A DNA stretch of 64,000 bases from Staphylococcus phage S6, in the sequence record LC680885.1. One strand, 5' to 3'. This document shows, in pieces, positions 44,492 to 54,195 of the stretch. A program made the translations under genes and the position numbers. How positions within the stretch are numbered: the first letter of the stretch is position 1; every line of letters begins with the position of its first letter. A model generated the notes under the pieces. That model was not told where the DNA came from. It worked only from the letters and a program-made list of their open reading frames with translations, and searched no databases.

Positions 44492-45193
44492 ATGACATTA
44501 ATTGTGTATGAAATTTCAGTAGCTCTAATGTTTTTAATCATAATATATTTTTCATTCAATACAATATATAAAACATTAGTAAGTGCGTATAACGAAAAAT
44601 TAAAAGGAAAATTCTTTTCCACAACGTTTTTGATATCTAGTTTATTATTTCCAATAATGATTATTGTATTTTACAATATAGATGGAATAGATATTGAAAT
44701 AGAATATGTTTTATTTTATTTTATACTATTAATAATTAACTTTGTATTAAATAAATTTCTTAAAGTTCATGATATTATAGTATATACGTCATTATTCTAT
44801 TCTTTATTTATAATGAATTATCATTATGAAATAGCTAACGACTTATATTTTGCTATATTTATTATAATAATAAATTTAACAATTCCATTAATTAAAATTT
44901 ATTTTCAATTAATGGAAATTGTAATTCAAACTGATGGAGAATATAAAGATATAGATATTAAAAAGAATATATTAAGACAGAATTTAAAAATAGTTAATTT
45001 AAATGATAACAATGCAAAATTTTCATTAGATGATTTTCTTGAAAGTAAATTTAATAATGATGAAGAATCAATAAGTGAATTCTTAGATAAAATGATTGAA
45101 AAAATATATTCTGAAAAAATAAATATAAAGTTGTATTGTTATCATATATTAATGGCATTATTAACTATATACTTTTTATTATCTCAAATTTAA
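44492..45193 (+). CDS. Membrane protein
   Basis: SD aagaaagagag followed by ATG. Multiple TM segments in the N-terminal two thirds. Confidence 0.55.
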   Translation: MTLIVYEISVALMFLIIIYFSFNTIYKTLVSAYNEKLKGKFFSTTFLISSLLFPIMIIVFYNIDGIDIEIEYVLFYFILLIINFVLNKFLKVHDIIVYTSLFYSLFIMNYHYEIANDLYFAIFIIIINLTIPLIKIYFQLMEIVIQTDGEYKDIDIKKNILRQNLKIVNLNDNNAKFSLDDFLESKFNNDEESISEFLDKMIEKIYSEKINIKLYCYHILMALLTIYFLLSQI

Positions 45194-45196
45194 ATA

Positions 45197-45206
45197 TATA
45201 TTATAA
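45197..45206 (+). promoter_or_regulatory. TATATTATAA motif
   Basis: Then hairpin gagattaataa...ttattaatctc. Confidence 0.35.
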
Positions 45207-45263
45207 AAATGAGATTAATAATTTATTATTAATCTCAAATAAAAATTAAAGGTGGAAATAATT

Positions 45264-45782
45264 ATGACACAAGAATTTTATGCAATCGTACAGTTTCAAA
45301 CTAATAGAAAATTTCAAGGAAAAGAGTATATTTATAAAGTACCTAAAAGACTTATTAAAAATGAAGATGAATTAGGATTAGAAAAATTTGCAATTGTATC
45401 TAATTTCAATCATAAAGATAGTAATTCAGTTCTAAGTCTTGCAGAAGATATTGCTAACGCTATTAGACCGGTAAAAATTAATAAAATCATGAATGAAGAT
45501 GAATTTATTGAATCAGAATATGTTGAAGATGCAGATGATTTAAATTATAGAAAAACCGATCAAGATGAAAGAGTTGAGTACAAATACTTATTATCTTTTA
45601 TCAAAGATGATGTTTATGATTATATTGAAGATATTGAGAAAGAAAAGGAAAAAGAAAAAATTGAAAAATTAATGAGACTAAGATTACAGAAGTTAGAAAA
45701 GAAAAAATCGTTTGACAATATTGTTGCGAGTTATGATGATAAAGAATTAAATGAATTATTTAATCGTTTTAAAGAATTATAA
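45264..45782 (+). CDS. Hypothetical protein
   Basis: aaaGGTGGAaataattATG. The track's GTG 45252 lies inside the SD. Confidence 0.5.
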   Translation: MTQEFYAIVQFQTNRKFQGKEYIYKVPKRLIKNEDELGLEKFAIVSNFNHKDSNSVLSLAEDIANAIRPVKINKIMNEDEFIESEYVEDADDLNYRKTDQDERVEYKYLLSFIKDDVYDYIEDIEKEKEKEKIEKLMRLRLQKLEKKKSFDNIVASYDDKELNELFNRFKEL

Positions 45783-45854
45783 ATATAATATCCCAATGAG
45801 ATGAATTATTCTCATTGGGATTATTTAATTACTTAATTAGGAGATGAAAAGGAT

Positions 45855-46685
45855 ATGTATAACAATAAAAATTTTATGTCAAGTTTAAATTTAAACGAAA
45901 CAAAGTTGAGTGAATTTATAGATAAAGAAGATATAAATTCTGATGTGTCTAAGAAAGTGTATTATGAGAAAGTTATTGATTTGTACATGGATCAAATATT
46001 TAATGTAGATAATGAATTCTTAAAAAGTCTAATTGACTTTGATGATTTAAAATATACTAAAGATGAATTAGATTATATAATATATGAAGAAATGGGAGTA
46101 AATAGAAATAATAAAAAAGACTTATCTTTAATTCTTAATAGAGTATATGAATCTTATAAAGAATCTAAATCAGATAAAAATTATTATTTAATGAAATATT
46201 TATTACCGTTTACTCTATATAATGATAGAATTTTTAATAAAAACTTTTATTTACATTTTGGAGCTAATAGATTTTTTAAAAATGAATTTATAGATGCAAT
46301 TACTGATACTTTTATGTATATTAGAGATAATAATATAGAATGTGAAGTTATAGAATTATTATTTAACGATATACTCACTAAATTATATGTGCACAGTAAT
46401 GAAGTAGTATCTAGAATTTTAGTTAGAATAGCTAAAAAAGACGCTAGTTTATTATTTACCGATGATACTATATTTAATATACTATATTCTTTATATTCAC
46501 ATCAAACTATTAAGAAAATAAAAAGAAATATAAGTATAGAAAGTATCGAAAAAATTATTAAAATGAATAGATATACTTATATTGAAAGAATTGAAAAAGC
46601 TATAGGAAGACAATTATCTTTTTATGATAATCCAAACGGTAAAGAAATAAAGAATATGATAAAAGAATTTAAAAATAATAAATAG
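45855..46685 (+). CDS. Hypothetical protein
   Basis: SD aggagatgaaaaggatATG. Confidence 0.6.
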   Translation: MYNNKNFMSSLNLNETKLSEFIDKEDINSDVSKKVYYEKVIDLYMDQIFNVDNEFLKSLIDFDDLKYTKDELDYIIYEEMGVNRNNKKDLSLILNRVYESYKESKSDKNYYLMKYLLPFTLYNDRIFNKNFYLHFGANRFFKNEFIDAITDTFMYIRDNNIECEVIELLFNDILTKLYVHSNEVVSRILVRIAKKDASLLFTDDTIFNILYSLYSHQTIKKIKRNISIESIEKIIKMNRYTYIERIEKAIGRQLSFYDNPNGKEIKNMIKEFKNNK

Positions 46686-46700
46686 GGAGTTGAAACGGAT

Positions 46701-47201
46701 ATGTTAAAAAATAAAAATATTGAAATTAACCAAGATATTATTAATCAAGAATTAATGAAAACAAAATATATGGAAGAGGCGATGTTAAAAGTGTTAAATC
46801 AAGACCTAGTAATCAATTTAAGATTTTTAAAAGATAATCTACTAACTGGATGGGAATTTGAAAATAATACAGCTGAATTTAAAGAAATAGAAAAATTCTA
46901 TGATCCGTCACTAAAAATAAGATTAATTTTTAAAGTTAATAATGAAAAAGAAATCAAGTATACAATTAATGAAGATGTTCAAGATATTTTAGAAAACTTT
47001 ATGATTAAAAAATCAAATGACGAAAGAGCTTGTGAAATTATTAAATCTGTTATTGAGTATGAATTCTTTAAGAAAGAAAATAAAAAGGGTCATGAACTTG
47101 ATATGAATACAATAGATTTATTAATGGGTAAAGTTAATGAATTAAAAATTAAGTACAATATCAGTAATAAACAAGCTAAGAAATTATATATAGCATTTTA
47201 A
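46701..47201 (+). CDS. Hypothetical protein
   Basis: SD gggagttgaaacggatATG. Confidence 0.6.
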   Translation: MLKNKNIEINQDIINQELMKTKYMEEAMLKVLNQDLVINLRFLKDNLLTGWEFENNTAEFKEIEKFYDPSLKIRLIFKVNNEKEIKYTINEDVQDILENFMIKKSNDERACEIIKSVIEYEFFKKENKKGHELDMNTIDLLMGKVNELKIKYNISNKQAKKLYIAF

Positions 47202-47226
47202 AATATAACTAAAGAGAGGTAATTTC

Positions 47227-47853
47227 ATGAGAAAAACAGTAAATCTATTTGATTGGTATATCTATAAAAATGGAGAATATACATTGATTCCTTACTTCTT
47301 CAGATTAGCTTCAGGATTATTAATATTAATTGTATTCTCATCTTTAACTGTAATTAATATTAAATTATCTTTTATATCATTAATGGTAACAATTCCAACA
47401 TTTTTGATAATTAATCTATTAATTTATTTATATTTTAATAAAAATTGTCTTAGAGAATATGGAGAAATAAATAAATCTTTTAAAGTGAAAGATAAATATT
47501 ATTCTTTTTGGTATATTGAATTAAATGAAGATAATGAGGTTTTTAAAGAAGCTTTTAATAATTTTAAAAATGAACACGAATGGATTATAGAAGAAGAAAA
47601 TATAAAAAATCTATCAGAAATACTGTCACAAAAATTTTTTATAAAAGACACTAAAATAGTAGAGACTGTAGCGAGAGAAAAAAGAAAACATTGGAAGAAC
47701 AATATTGACACTAATAGACTGATAACTTATAGAGAGTTTCTTAAATATAGAAAGAATAAAAAGAAATTTGAAGAGTCTAAGAAGTTAGAAAAGGAAATAA
47801 AAGAGTTTCAAGATTATTACAATTTAAACACTAAAGGAGAAATTAAAAAATGA
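47227..47853 (+). CDS. Membrane-anchored protein
   Basis: SD aaagagaggtaatttcATG. TM segments in the N-terminal half. Confidence 0.55.
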   Translation: MRKTVNLFDWYIYKNGEYTLIPYFFRLASGLLILIVFSSLTVINIKLSFISLMVTIPTFLIINLLIYLYFNKNCLREYGEINKSFKVKDKYYSFWYIELNEDNEVFKEAFNNFKNEHEWIIEEENIKNLSEILSQKFFIKDTKIVETVAREKRKHWKNNIDTNRLITYREFLKYRKNKKKFEESKKLEKEIKEFQDYYNLNTKGEIKK

Positions 47854-48314
47854 ATACTAAAATAATCGCAGCATTTCCGGGTACAGGTAAATCTTACATC
47901 AAAAATAATATCTCATTCTTAAAAACATCTGATTCAGATTCAACTAGTTTTTCATGGATAATTAAAGATGGAGAAAAAGTTAGAAATCCTAAATTTCCAA
48001 CGAATTATATTAGTTATATTAAGGATCTCTATTATAAAAATGTAATGGATTATATTTTCGTATCAACTCATAAAGAAGTTATCCAAGAGTTGATTGATAA
48101 TAATTTAGAATTTGTAGTAGCTTATCCAAAACGTTCAGATAAAGAATTATATTTAAAGAGATACAAAGAAAGAGGTTCAGATAGTAAATTTATTGAGCTT
48201 CTTGATAATATGTTTGATAGTTTTATAGATGATATAGAGAATAGAGTTCCTGAAGAAAACAGAATTGAACTTAATCATAATGAATATTTAGCTAACGTAT
48301 TAGATAAAATTTAA
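47850..48314 (+). CDS. P-loop NTPase/kinase-like protein
   Basis: Walker A IIAAFPGTGKSY near the N-terminus. ATGA overlap with the upstream gene. Confidence 0.4.
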   Translation: MNTKIIAAFPGTGKSYIKNNISFLKTSDSDSTSFSWIIKDGEKVRNPKFPTNYISYIKDLYYKNVMDYIFVSTHKEVIQELIDNNLEFVVAYPKRSDKELYLKRYKERGSDSKFIELLDNMFDSFIDDIENRVPEENRIELNHNEYLANVLDKI

Positions 48315-48331
48315 ATAAGGAGAAATTAAAA

Positions 48332-48790
48332 ATGAGATACTTTAAAGGTATAGTAGCAGGAAAAGACTTTTTCTTAAAAGCAGATAATGAAGAAAATGCC
48401 ATTAAGGAATTAGCATCAAAAGAAATTAATTCTATAGGATCTTTTACAATGTTAAGTAATGAAAAACAGAAATACCTAATAATTTTCTTTAATGAAGATG
48501 AAGATAAATTTGTTGTTGGAAATGGATTAGAATCATATATATCATTAGACAGTCTTAAATCTGAATTAGAATCTAAAGATTTAGAATGTTATTATTTAGA
48601 TTTAGGTAATACAGATAATATCGAGATAAACGGTATTATAAAAAATCAAGAATACACATTAACAGAAATAATAATGGAAAGTATTAAATTAACTATGAAT
48701 GATTTTTATCAACAAGTTATAAATTCTGTATTAACTGAATTAACTGAAAAAGAATACAAAAATTCAATAGTTGTTAAAAATTTTAAATAA
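48332..48790 (+). CDS. YK-tail family member B1
   Basis: Tail TEKEYKNSIVVKNFK. Confidence 0.55.
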   Translation: MRYFKGIVAGKDFFLKADNEENAIKELASKEINSIGSFTMLSNEKQKYLIIFFNEDEDKFVVGNGLESYISLDSLKSELESKDLECYYLDLGNTDNIEINGIIKNQEYTLTEIIMESIKLTMNDFYQQVINSVLTELTEKEYKNSIVVKNFK

Positions 48791-48809
48791 CTAGGAAGGA
48801 ATAAAAATA

Positions 48810-49280
48810 GTGAGAAATAAAAAAAGAAGCATAGATAGTTTGATAAATAATAATCTAGAATTACCAATTGAGATTACTGAAAATTATATAAATAATTTTA
48901 TATACAAATCATTAACTGCTATAAATAAGAAAAAAGAAATAAAACCAAATCAAACTTATATAATTAATCATAAGAATGAATTATTTAATAAAGCAGATAA
49001 TTTCATAAATTGTATTTTAGAATTATTAAAAGGTGATGTGGGTACTTTAATAGATAAAAAAGATTTAAAGTTAAAAAGAAATGTAAAGAAAGACAATATA
49101 AGTAATTGTCTTACAATATATACTATTGTAGAAACTTTAACTTACAATAATTCTATAACAATGATGATGGTAAAAAATGTAAATAATACCAATAAGGAAG
49201 TAACTGGTGAACTAATATTTGATATTAATATAAGTGATAAATTAGGTAAAGATAATTACAATGAAAATATTTATATTTAA
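48810..49280 (+). CDS. Hypothetical protein (GTG start)
   Basis: ggaaggaataaaaataGTG. Confidence 0.4.
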   Translation: MRNKKRSIDSLINNNLELPIEITENYINNFIYKSLTAINKKKEIKPNQTYIINHKNELFNKADNFINCILELLKGDVGTLIDKKDLKLKRNVKKDNISNCLTIYTIVETLTYNNSITMMMVKNVNNTNKEVTGELIFDINISDKLGKDNYNENIYI

Positions 49281-49294
49281 TTACTATTTAAATA

Positions 49295-49306
49295 TATATT
49301 ATATAA
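49295..49306 (+). promoter_or_regulatory. TATATTATaTAA variant motif
   Basis: Intergenic; ~25 nt upstream of the SD. Confidence 0.3.
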
Positions 49307-49341
49307 ATGAAGTTAATTAAAATACAGGAGATGAATTGGAT

Positions 49342-49683
49342 ATGTTAAACGATACTAAAAAGATTTTAGACAGAATATACGACAAAATAAATGGTGATTT
49401 AATTGTTATTTCAGAGTGTAAAGATCTATTTGATAAGGAATTAAATTACACTTTAACTGAAGGTAATGAAGAAACAACAAATCTTGATTATTTGGCAGAT
49501 TCTTTAATTGTAGTTGCTTCAGATATATTTACTTTAAAAGAAGTACTTAATATTGACGAAGAAACTATTAATAATGAACTATTAGCAGAATTTAAACTAA
49601 GCTATAGAATGATACAAAATTTTCATATGAAATTAGAATTAAATAGTTATAAATTAAAAAAGATTAAAACCTCGGTTGAATAA
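49342..49683 (+). CDS. Hypothetical protein
   Basis: SD ggagatgaattggatATG. The track start is TTG 49336. Confidence 0.55.
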   Translation: MLNDTKKILDRIYDKINGDLIVISECKDLFDKELNYTLTEGNEETTNLDYLADSLIVVASDIFTLKEVLNIDEETINNELLAEFKLSYRMIQNFHMKLELNSYKLKKIKTSVE

Positions 49684-49702
49684 ATATAGGAGATGATTAG
49701 GA

Positions 49703-50188
49703 ATGAATTATTTAAAGAATGAAAAAGGGGAGGTCTTTCCAGTCAATGAAGAAGGAATGGAGAATATTATATTCTTTCTTCTAGACTACTCACAGAAAAA
49801 TGATTATAACACAATGAATTTGATTAAAGAGATAAATGATCACGTGATGAAAGGCGAAAATATAAGTAATAAATTTATTAATGAAAAGACAAAAGAAACG
49901 ATATTAACATTAGGTAAAGTAAAAGGTAATTTAACTAATGAATTAGCTAGAAGTGGTTATATAGTTAATTTCTCTAGAAATAAAATATCACTATCGATAT
50001 ATGTAAAAAATAATAGTTTTAAATTAGTAAGAATTTCAGATCATAATATTAATAAAAAAATAAATAAAAAAGGTGTAATCAGTAATAGATTTGACGGACA
50101 ATTAGTATGTAAAAATAATCTAGTTAAATCTTCTGATTTGAAAAAGCATGGAATTGATATTAATGAAGGAATATATTATTTAGAATAG
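49703..50188 (+). CDS. Hypothetical protein
   Basis: SD taggagatgattaggaATG. Confidence 0.55.
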   Translation: MNYLKNEKGEVFPVNEEGMENIIFFLLDYSQKNDYNTMNLIKEINDHVMKGENISNKFINEKTKETILTLGKVKGNLTNELARSGYIVNFSRNKISLSIYVKNNSFKLVRISDHNINKKINKKGVISNRFDGQLVCKNNLVKSSDLKKHGIDINEGIYYLE

Positions 50189-50201
50189 GATGAAACTATA
50201 T

Positions 50202-50483
50202 ATGAAAAAGATAATAATGTTTTTAGGTATTTTGTTACTAACAACGGTATTGGTCGGTTGTGGAGAAAGTGTTGATTCAAAAGATAAAAAAGATTCAATC
50301 AAAACAGTAACTATTTATAGTAAAGACGGTAAAGTATTACATCAATATGAAGGAAAAGTTAGTGCTGAGAGAGTAACGGATAACAAATTTACTAAAATTG
50401 ATATAGACGGTAAGAAATTAAGAGTTGTAAATGCAGATGTAGTTATTGAAGAGAAAGGTATTGAGAAATTTGAAACAAAATAA
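50202..50483 (+). CDS. Lipoprotein
   Basis: Lipobox VLVGC|GES. The track start 50190 lies in the SD region (aggATGaaactatatATG). Confidence 0.6.
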   Translation: MKKIIMFLGILLLTTVLVGCGESVDSKDKKDSIKTVTIYSKDGKVLHQYEGKVSAERVTDNKFTKIDIDGKKLRVVNADVVIEEKGIEKFETK

Positions 50484-50494
50484 AGATTAAGTAT

Positions 50495-50504
50495 ATATTA
50501 TAAT
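50495..50504 (+). promoter_or_regulatory. TATATTATAA motif
   Basis: tatattataattatgaagaaagatatt..atatctttc hairpin. Confidence 0.35.
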
Positions 50505-50560
50505 TATGAAGAAAGATATTATCATATATCTTTCTAATAAAATTAATGGAGGAATTTGTT

Positions 50561-50857
50561 ATGGCAAAATTAAATGAAGAAGTATTAAGAGACTTTCAAG
50601 TAAAAACTGAAATTGATGGAGAATTTGAAGTAATGGAATCTGATGAGCTTGGTGTTGATGAAGCTTATGAAATTGAATTAATTAAAGAATTGGGATTAGA
50701 TGTCGATTCAAGTGTATTCTCTTATGCAATATCAGAAAAAGATGATGAAGAAAATACGTATACTTTAGAATATAGTCATGAAGGCGTTCTATTAACTATT
50801 CATGATATCGATTTTGAAAATGGTATTCATGATACTATTTATAAAAATGTAATTTAA
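50561..50857 (+). CDS. Small acidic protein
   Basis: aATGGAGGaatttgttATG. The track start 50546 is the ATG in the SD. Confidence 0.5.
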   Translation: MAKLNEEVLRDFQVKTEIDGEFEVMESDELGVDEAYEIELIKELGLDVDSSVFSYAISEKDDEENTYTLEYSHEGVLLTIHDIDFENGIHDTIYKNVI

Positions 50858-50867
50858 TGATTTAAGT

Positions 50868-50917
50868 ATAGCTGATATCTTTAACGGATATCAGCTATAT
50901 TATTTTTATTTTTTTAC
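50868..50917 (+). terminator. Rho-independent terminator
   Basis: Stem atagctgatatc/gatatcagctat followed by attatttttatttttttac. Confidence 0.75.
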
Positions 50918-50940
50918 TTAAAGGAGATGAAAAGGATAAT

Positions 50941-51552
50941 ATGAATTATTTTGAATTGGAATATACAGGTTTAATTAATAATAATAAATTAGATAATCTA
51001 GTTCTACACAAACAAGAAAATGAAGAAATTGAATCGGGTGTTTTAAATATGGTTTTATTTAAATTGTATCTAAAAGAATTCTATAATGATAATATGGATG
51101 ATAATGATTTATGTAAGAAACTAAAAATGGAAATAAGAAGTATTCATAGTTATAATAATTCAGAAATTTATATTAATGAAGACTTTGCTGAAATATATGA
51201 TGGTATTAATCCGAATAATAATATTAAATCAGGAAAAATAAATAAAGATTATGAATATTTATTTAAATTTATTAAAGATAATATAAATGAAAAAGATTTA
51301 AATAATATACATGTGATTAAATTTACAACATTTGAAATAGAGAAATATAAACCTGTTGTGATTTTTATAAACTCAGATAAACTTAGAATTAAGACCAATA
51401 AATCAATTAGTAGATATACATCAACAAATGAATTTGTATTCTATAATATTTCAAGCGAAAGTTTATATACATTAATGAAAAATACAAATAGAATAAGAAA
51501 TATAACGGAAAAAGAATATAAAAAAGAATTAGTTAAAAGGAGTTTTTTATAA
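50941..51552 (+). CDS. YK-tail family member B2
   Basis: Tail TEKEYKKELVKRSFL. Confidence 0.55.
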   Translation: MNYFELEYTGLINNNKLDNLVLHKQENEEIESGVLNMVLFKLYLKEFYNDNMDDNDLCKKLKMEIRSIHSYNNSEIYINEDFAEIYDGINPNNNIKSGKINKDYEYLFKFIKDNINEKDLNNIHVIKFTTFEIEKYKPVVIFINSDKLRIKTNKSISRYTSTNEFVFYNISSESLYTLMKNTNRIRNITEKEYKKELVKRSFL

Positions 51553-52100
51553 TGTATGAAGTTAATAAAAAATTTAAATATGCTAAAAGAGATAAAGAAT
51601 TCACATTATTCCACCATAAATCAAAAGAAAAAATAACTGATTCATTTATAATTAATAATTATATTTCATATGTATTATATCAATGCTACGAAAGAACACC
51701 AGGAAATGCAGAAGTTTGGTTGGAAATTAATGATATAAATAATATAAAAGGTGATTTCTTATTTAAATTTATGTTTGACAACAGACCTTCTTTTGGTTCT
51801 AATTATTTTCCTAAGTGTAAATTAAATATACAAGATAACAGTGATAATAATATTGTAACTATTGAATTTAGTGATAAATATAAAAGACATAATTTTATTC
51901 TAGAAGAAATATCTAAATTTAATAATGTTCATATTAATTTTTATGAAGAAGTATTATTTACTAATGAAGATGAAGAATTCAAGTTATTAAAGAATGTATT
52001 TAAAACTGATAACATTAAATATTACCAAAATAAAGATTTAATTAGTTATATTTCAGACAAAGAAGCTAGAAAAATTTTAGTAAAAGAAAACTTTAAATAG
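51552..52100 (+). CDS. YK-tail family member B3
   Basis: Tail SDKEARKILVKENFK. ATG overlaps the upstream stop. Confidence 0.55.
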   Translation: MYEVNKKFKYAKRDKEFTLFHHKSKEKITDSFIINNYISYVLYQCYERTPGNAEVWLEINDINNIKGDFLFKFMFDNRPSFGSNYFPKCKLNIQDNSDNNIVTIEFSDKYKRHNFILEEISKFNNVHINFYEEVLFTNEDEEFKLLKNVFKTDNIKYYQNKDLISYISDKEARKILVKENFK

Positions 52101-52116
52101 AATAGGGGCAAATAAA

Positions 52117-52650
52117 TTGAATAAATATTTTAAATTTAAATTAAATAATAAAAGTGATTACGATGTATTTAAATTTTCAGGAAATGAAGAAGAAATAAGC
52201 GATTCTAAAATTATAGAGTCTTATTTTGATTATATGTTTAATTATTATATAAATGAAGCAATACCTGACTCCAGTATGATTAATATTGCTGTATTTACTG
52301 AAGGTAAAAGAAAAAGATTATTGAGATTTACTATAGATAAACCACCAATTTATATAAAAGAGCCAGTTAGTACTTTATTTATGAATGAAAATGATGAAGA
52401 TAAACAAATTAATTTTAAAGAATTTAACGAAATTAAAAAATTTATACACGAAAAGATTATGGAATTGAATAAAGGTGAATTTTATATTTATATTGATTAT
52501 AATTTTGATTATTCTTATAGAATAGATTACGATGATGTATTTGATAAAATATTATTTAATAAAAATAATCTAAATCTTTATTCATCATTTATTAAAGAAA
52601 CAGATGAAAATGAATATAAAAATTATCTAGTAAGAGAGAATTTTAAATAA
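52117..52650 (+). CDS. YK-tail family member B4 (TTG start)
   Basis: Tail DENEYKNYLVRENFK. Confidence 0.5.
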   Translation: MNKYFKFKLNNKSDYDVFKFSGNEEEISDSKIIESYFDYMFNYYINEAIPDSSMINIAVFTEGKRKRLLRFTIDKPPIYIKEPVSTLFMNENDEDKQINFKEFNEIKKFIHEKIMELNKGEFYIYIDYNFDYSYRIDYDDVFDKILFNKNNLNLYSSFIKETDENEYKNYLVRENFK

Positions 52651-52667
52651 GGAAGTGAGACAGATAA

Positions 52668-53444
52668 ATGGAATATGTTATGATAAATAAATTATTAACA
52701 AAAAATGATTCATCTGAATTAAAAATAAACATGGTTAAACTATATAAAGAGGAAGAAGACTTTTTCAATTTCTTTTTAAACTTTATTATAGAATATAATT
52801 CATATTATATAGGAAATTATAAATACTTTTATAGTATAGATTCATTATCAGATTATAATTCAGATTATCAAATAAATGGAAATCCTTATGTGCCATTTGA
52901 GGAAGGGATAAAGGTAAATGAAGTCATTCATATTTATAAAAATAAATTATTTAGGAATATAAGTAAAGATATTGAAAATAGAATAACCGTACTTTATGTA
53001 GAAGACAAAGAAGACGATATTTCCTATTATATATTAATATCTAATTACTTTAATAAAAAATTTAAAAAAGAATATAAAGAAGAACTTCCCGATAAAGAAA
53101 AATTGTTAGCTAGACTTATAGTAAGATCCTTTCTAAATGAAAAAATTTTATTAGATTCACATTCAGAATTTTTAGTTATTAAAGATAAAGAAAAATTGAA
53201 TAATTTAATTAATAATTTAATGAAAAATCAAAAATACAAAATTTTAAATTTTGATTTCTTAAGTAATAGGGAATTAAAATATAATGGAGTAATATTTAAT
53301 ACAAATTTATATGATAATAAACTAATCCTGAAGTATTTAAAAGGAATAGACTACAAAGATATTATTAATAAAGATAAAGAAAAAATTACGTTTATAAATG
53401 AAAAAGGATATAAAAAACTAGCATTGAAAGAATCATTTAAATAA
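52668..53444 (+). CDS. YK-tail family member B5
   Basis: Tail NEKGYKKLALKESFK. Confidence 0.5.
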   Translation: MEYVMINKLLTKNDSSELKINMVKLYKEEEDFFNFFLNFIIEYNSYYIGNYKYFYSIDSLSDYNSDYQINGNPYVPFEEGIKVNEVIHIYKNKLFRNISKDIENRITVLYVEDKEDDISYYILISNYFNKKFKKEYKEELPDKEKLLARLIVRSFLNEKILLDSHSEFLVIKDKEKLNNLINNLMKNQKYKILNFDFLSNRELKYNGVIFNTNLYDNKLILKYLKGIDYKDIINKDKEKITFINEKGYKKLALKESFK

Positions 53445-53522
53445 ATAATAAATATTCTCATCCATTCATTATATAATAACTTTTAATTATATAATAATTT
53501 TTAGAATGGATGAGATGCTTTT

Positions 53523-54182
53523 ATGAGTAATTATTTATATCGTTTTAACAAAGAGAATGTAAATATCTTCTATCATAAAAGGACTAATAATGGTCATAAA
53601 ATGTTATTTAATAATAGTAATGATAAAGATAGATCTATATACTTAATAAATACTGATGAAGAAATCAATAATATGGAACTAGTATCTAAATATATTGCTG
53701 GAAAAGTATTTGAAATACTAAACCAAGAAAATATGAAAATAGTACATATGGATTTCTTTAATAGTAAATTAGAATTCTTTATAAGTAGATCATCCAAGAA
53801 TAAATATATAATGAATATGTATTTTAGTTTAAAAAGTTATAATGATCTAATAGAAAATGAAAAAGAATTTATAGATAGTGTTAATGAGCTTAATTTAGAC
53901 TTTTTAAAATCAGTTTCTTTAGATCAAGACAATAATCATGTATTAGATATGACATTAATATTTTTAATAGATAAAAATAAAATAGATGAATTTATTAAAA
54001 ATCTATTTTACATTAATTATGTAAAGATAATAGAATTTATAATAGATACTATATCAGTATATGCAGATGATTACAAGAAATTTAATGAAGAAATAAATAT
54101 TCTTTTGGATCATAGAAATTTTGTAGAGGAAATAACATATAAAGAATATAAAAAGATAATGACAAAAGAGATGTTTATTTAA
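53523..54182 (+). CDS. YK-tail family member B6
   Basis: Tail TYKEYKKIMTKEMFI. Confidence 0.5.
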   Translation: MSNYLYRFNKENVNIFYHKRTNNGHKMLFNNSNDKDRSIYLINTDEEINNMELVSKYIAGKVFEILNQENMKIVHMDFFNSKLEFFISRSSKNKYIMNMYFSLKSYNDLIENEKEFIDSVNELNLDFLKSVSLDQDNNHVLDMTLIFLIDKNKIDEFIKNLFYINYVKIIEFIIDTISVYADDYKKFNEEINILLDHRNFVEEITYKEYKKIMTKEMFI

Positions 54183-54195
54183 GGAGTAATTAACT

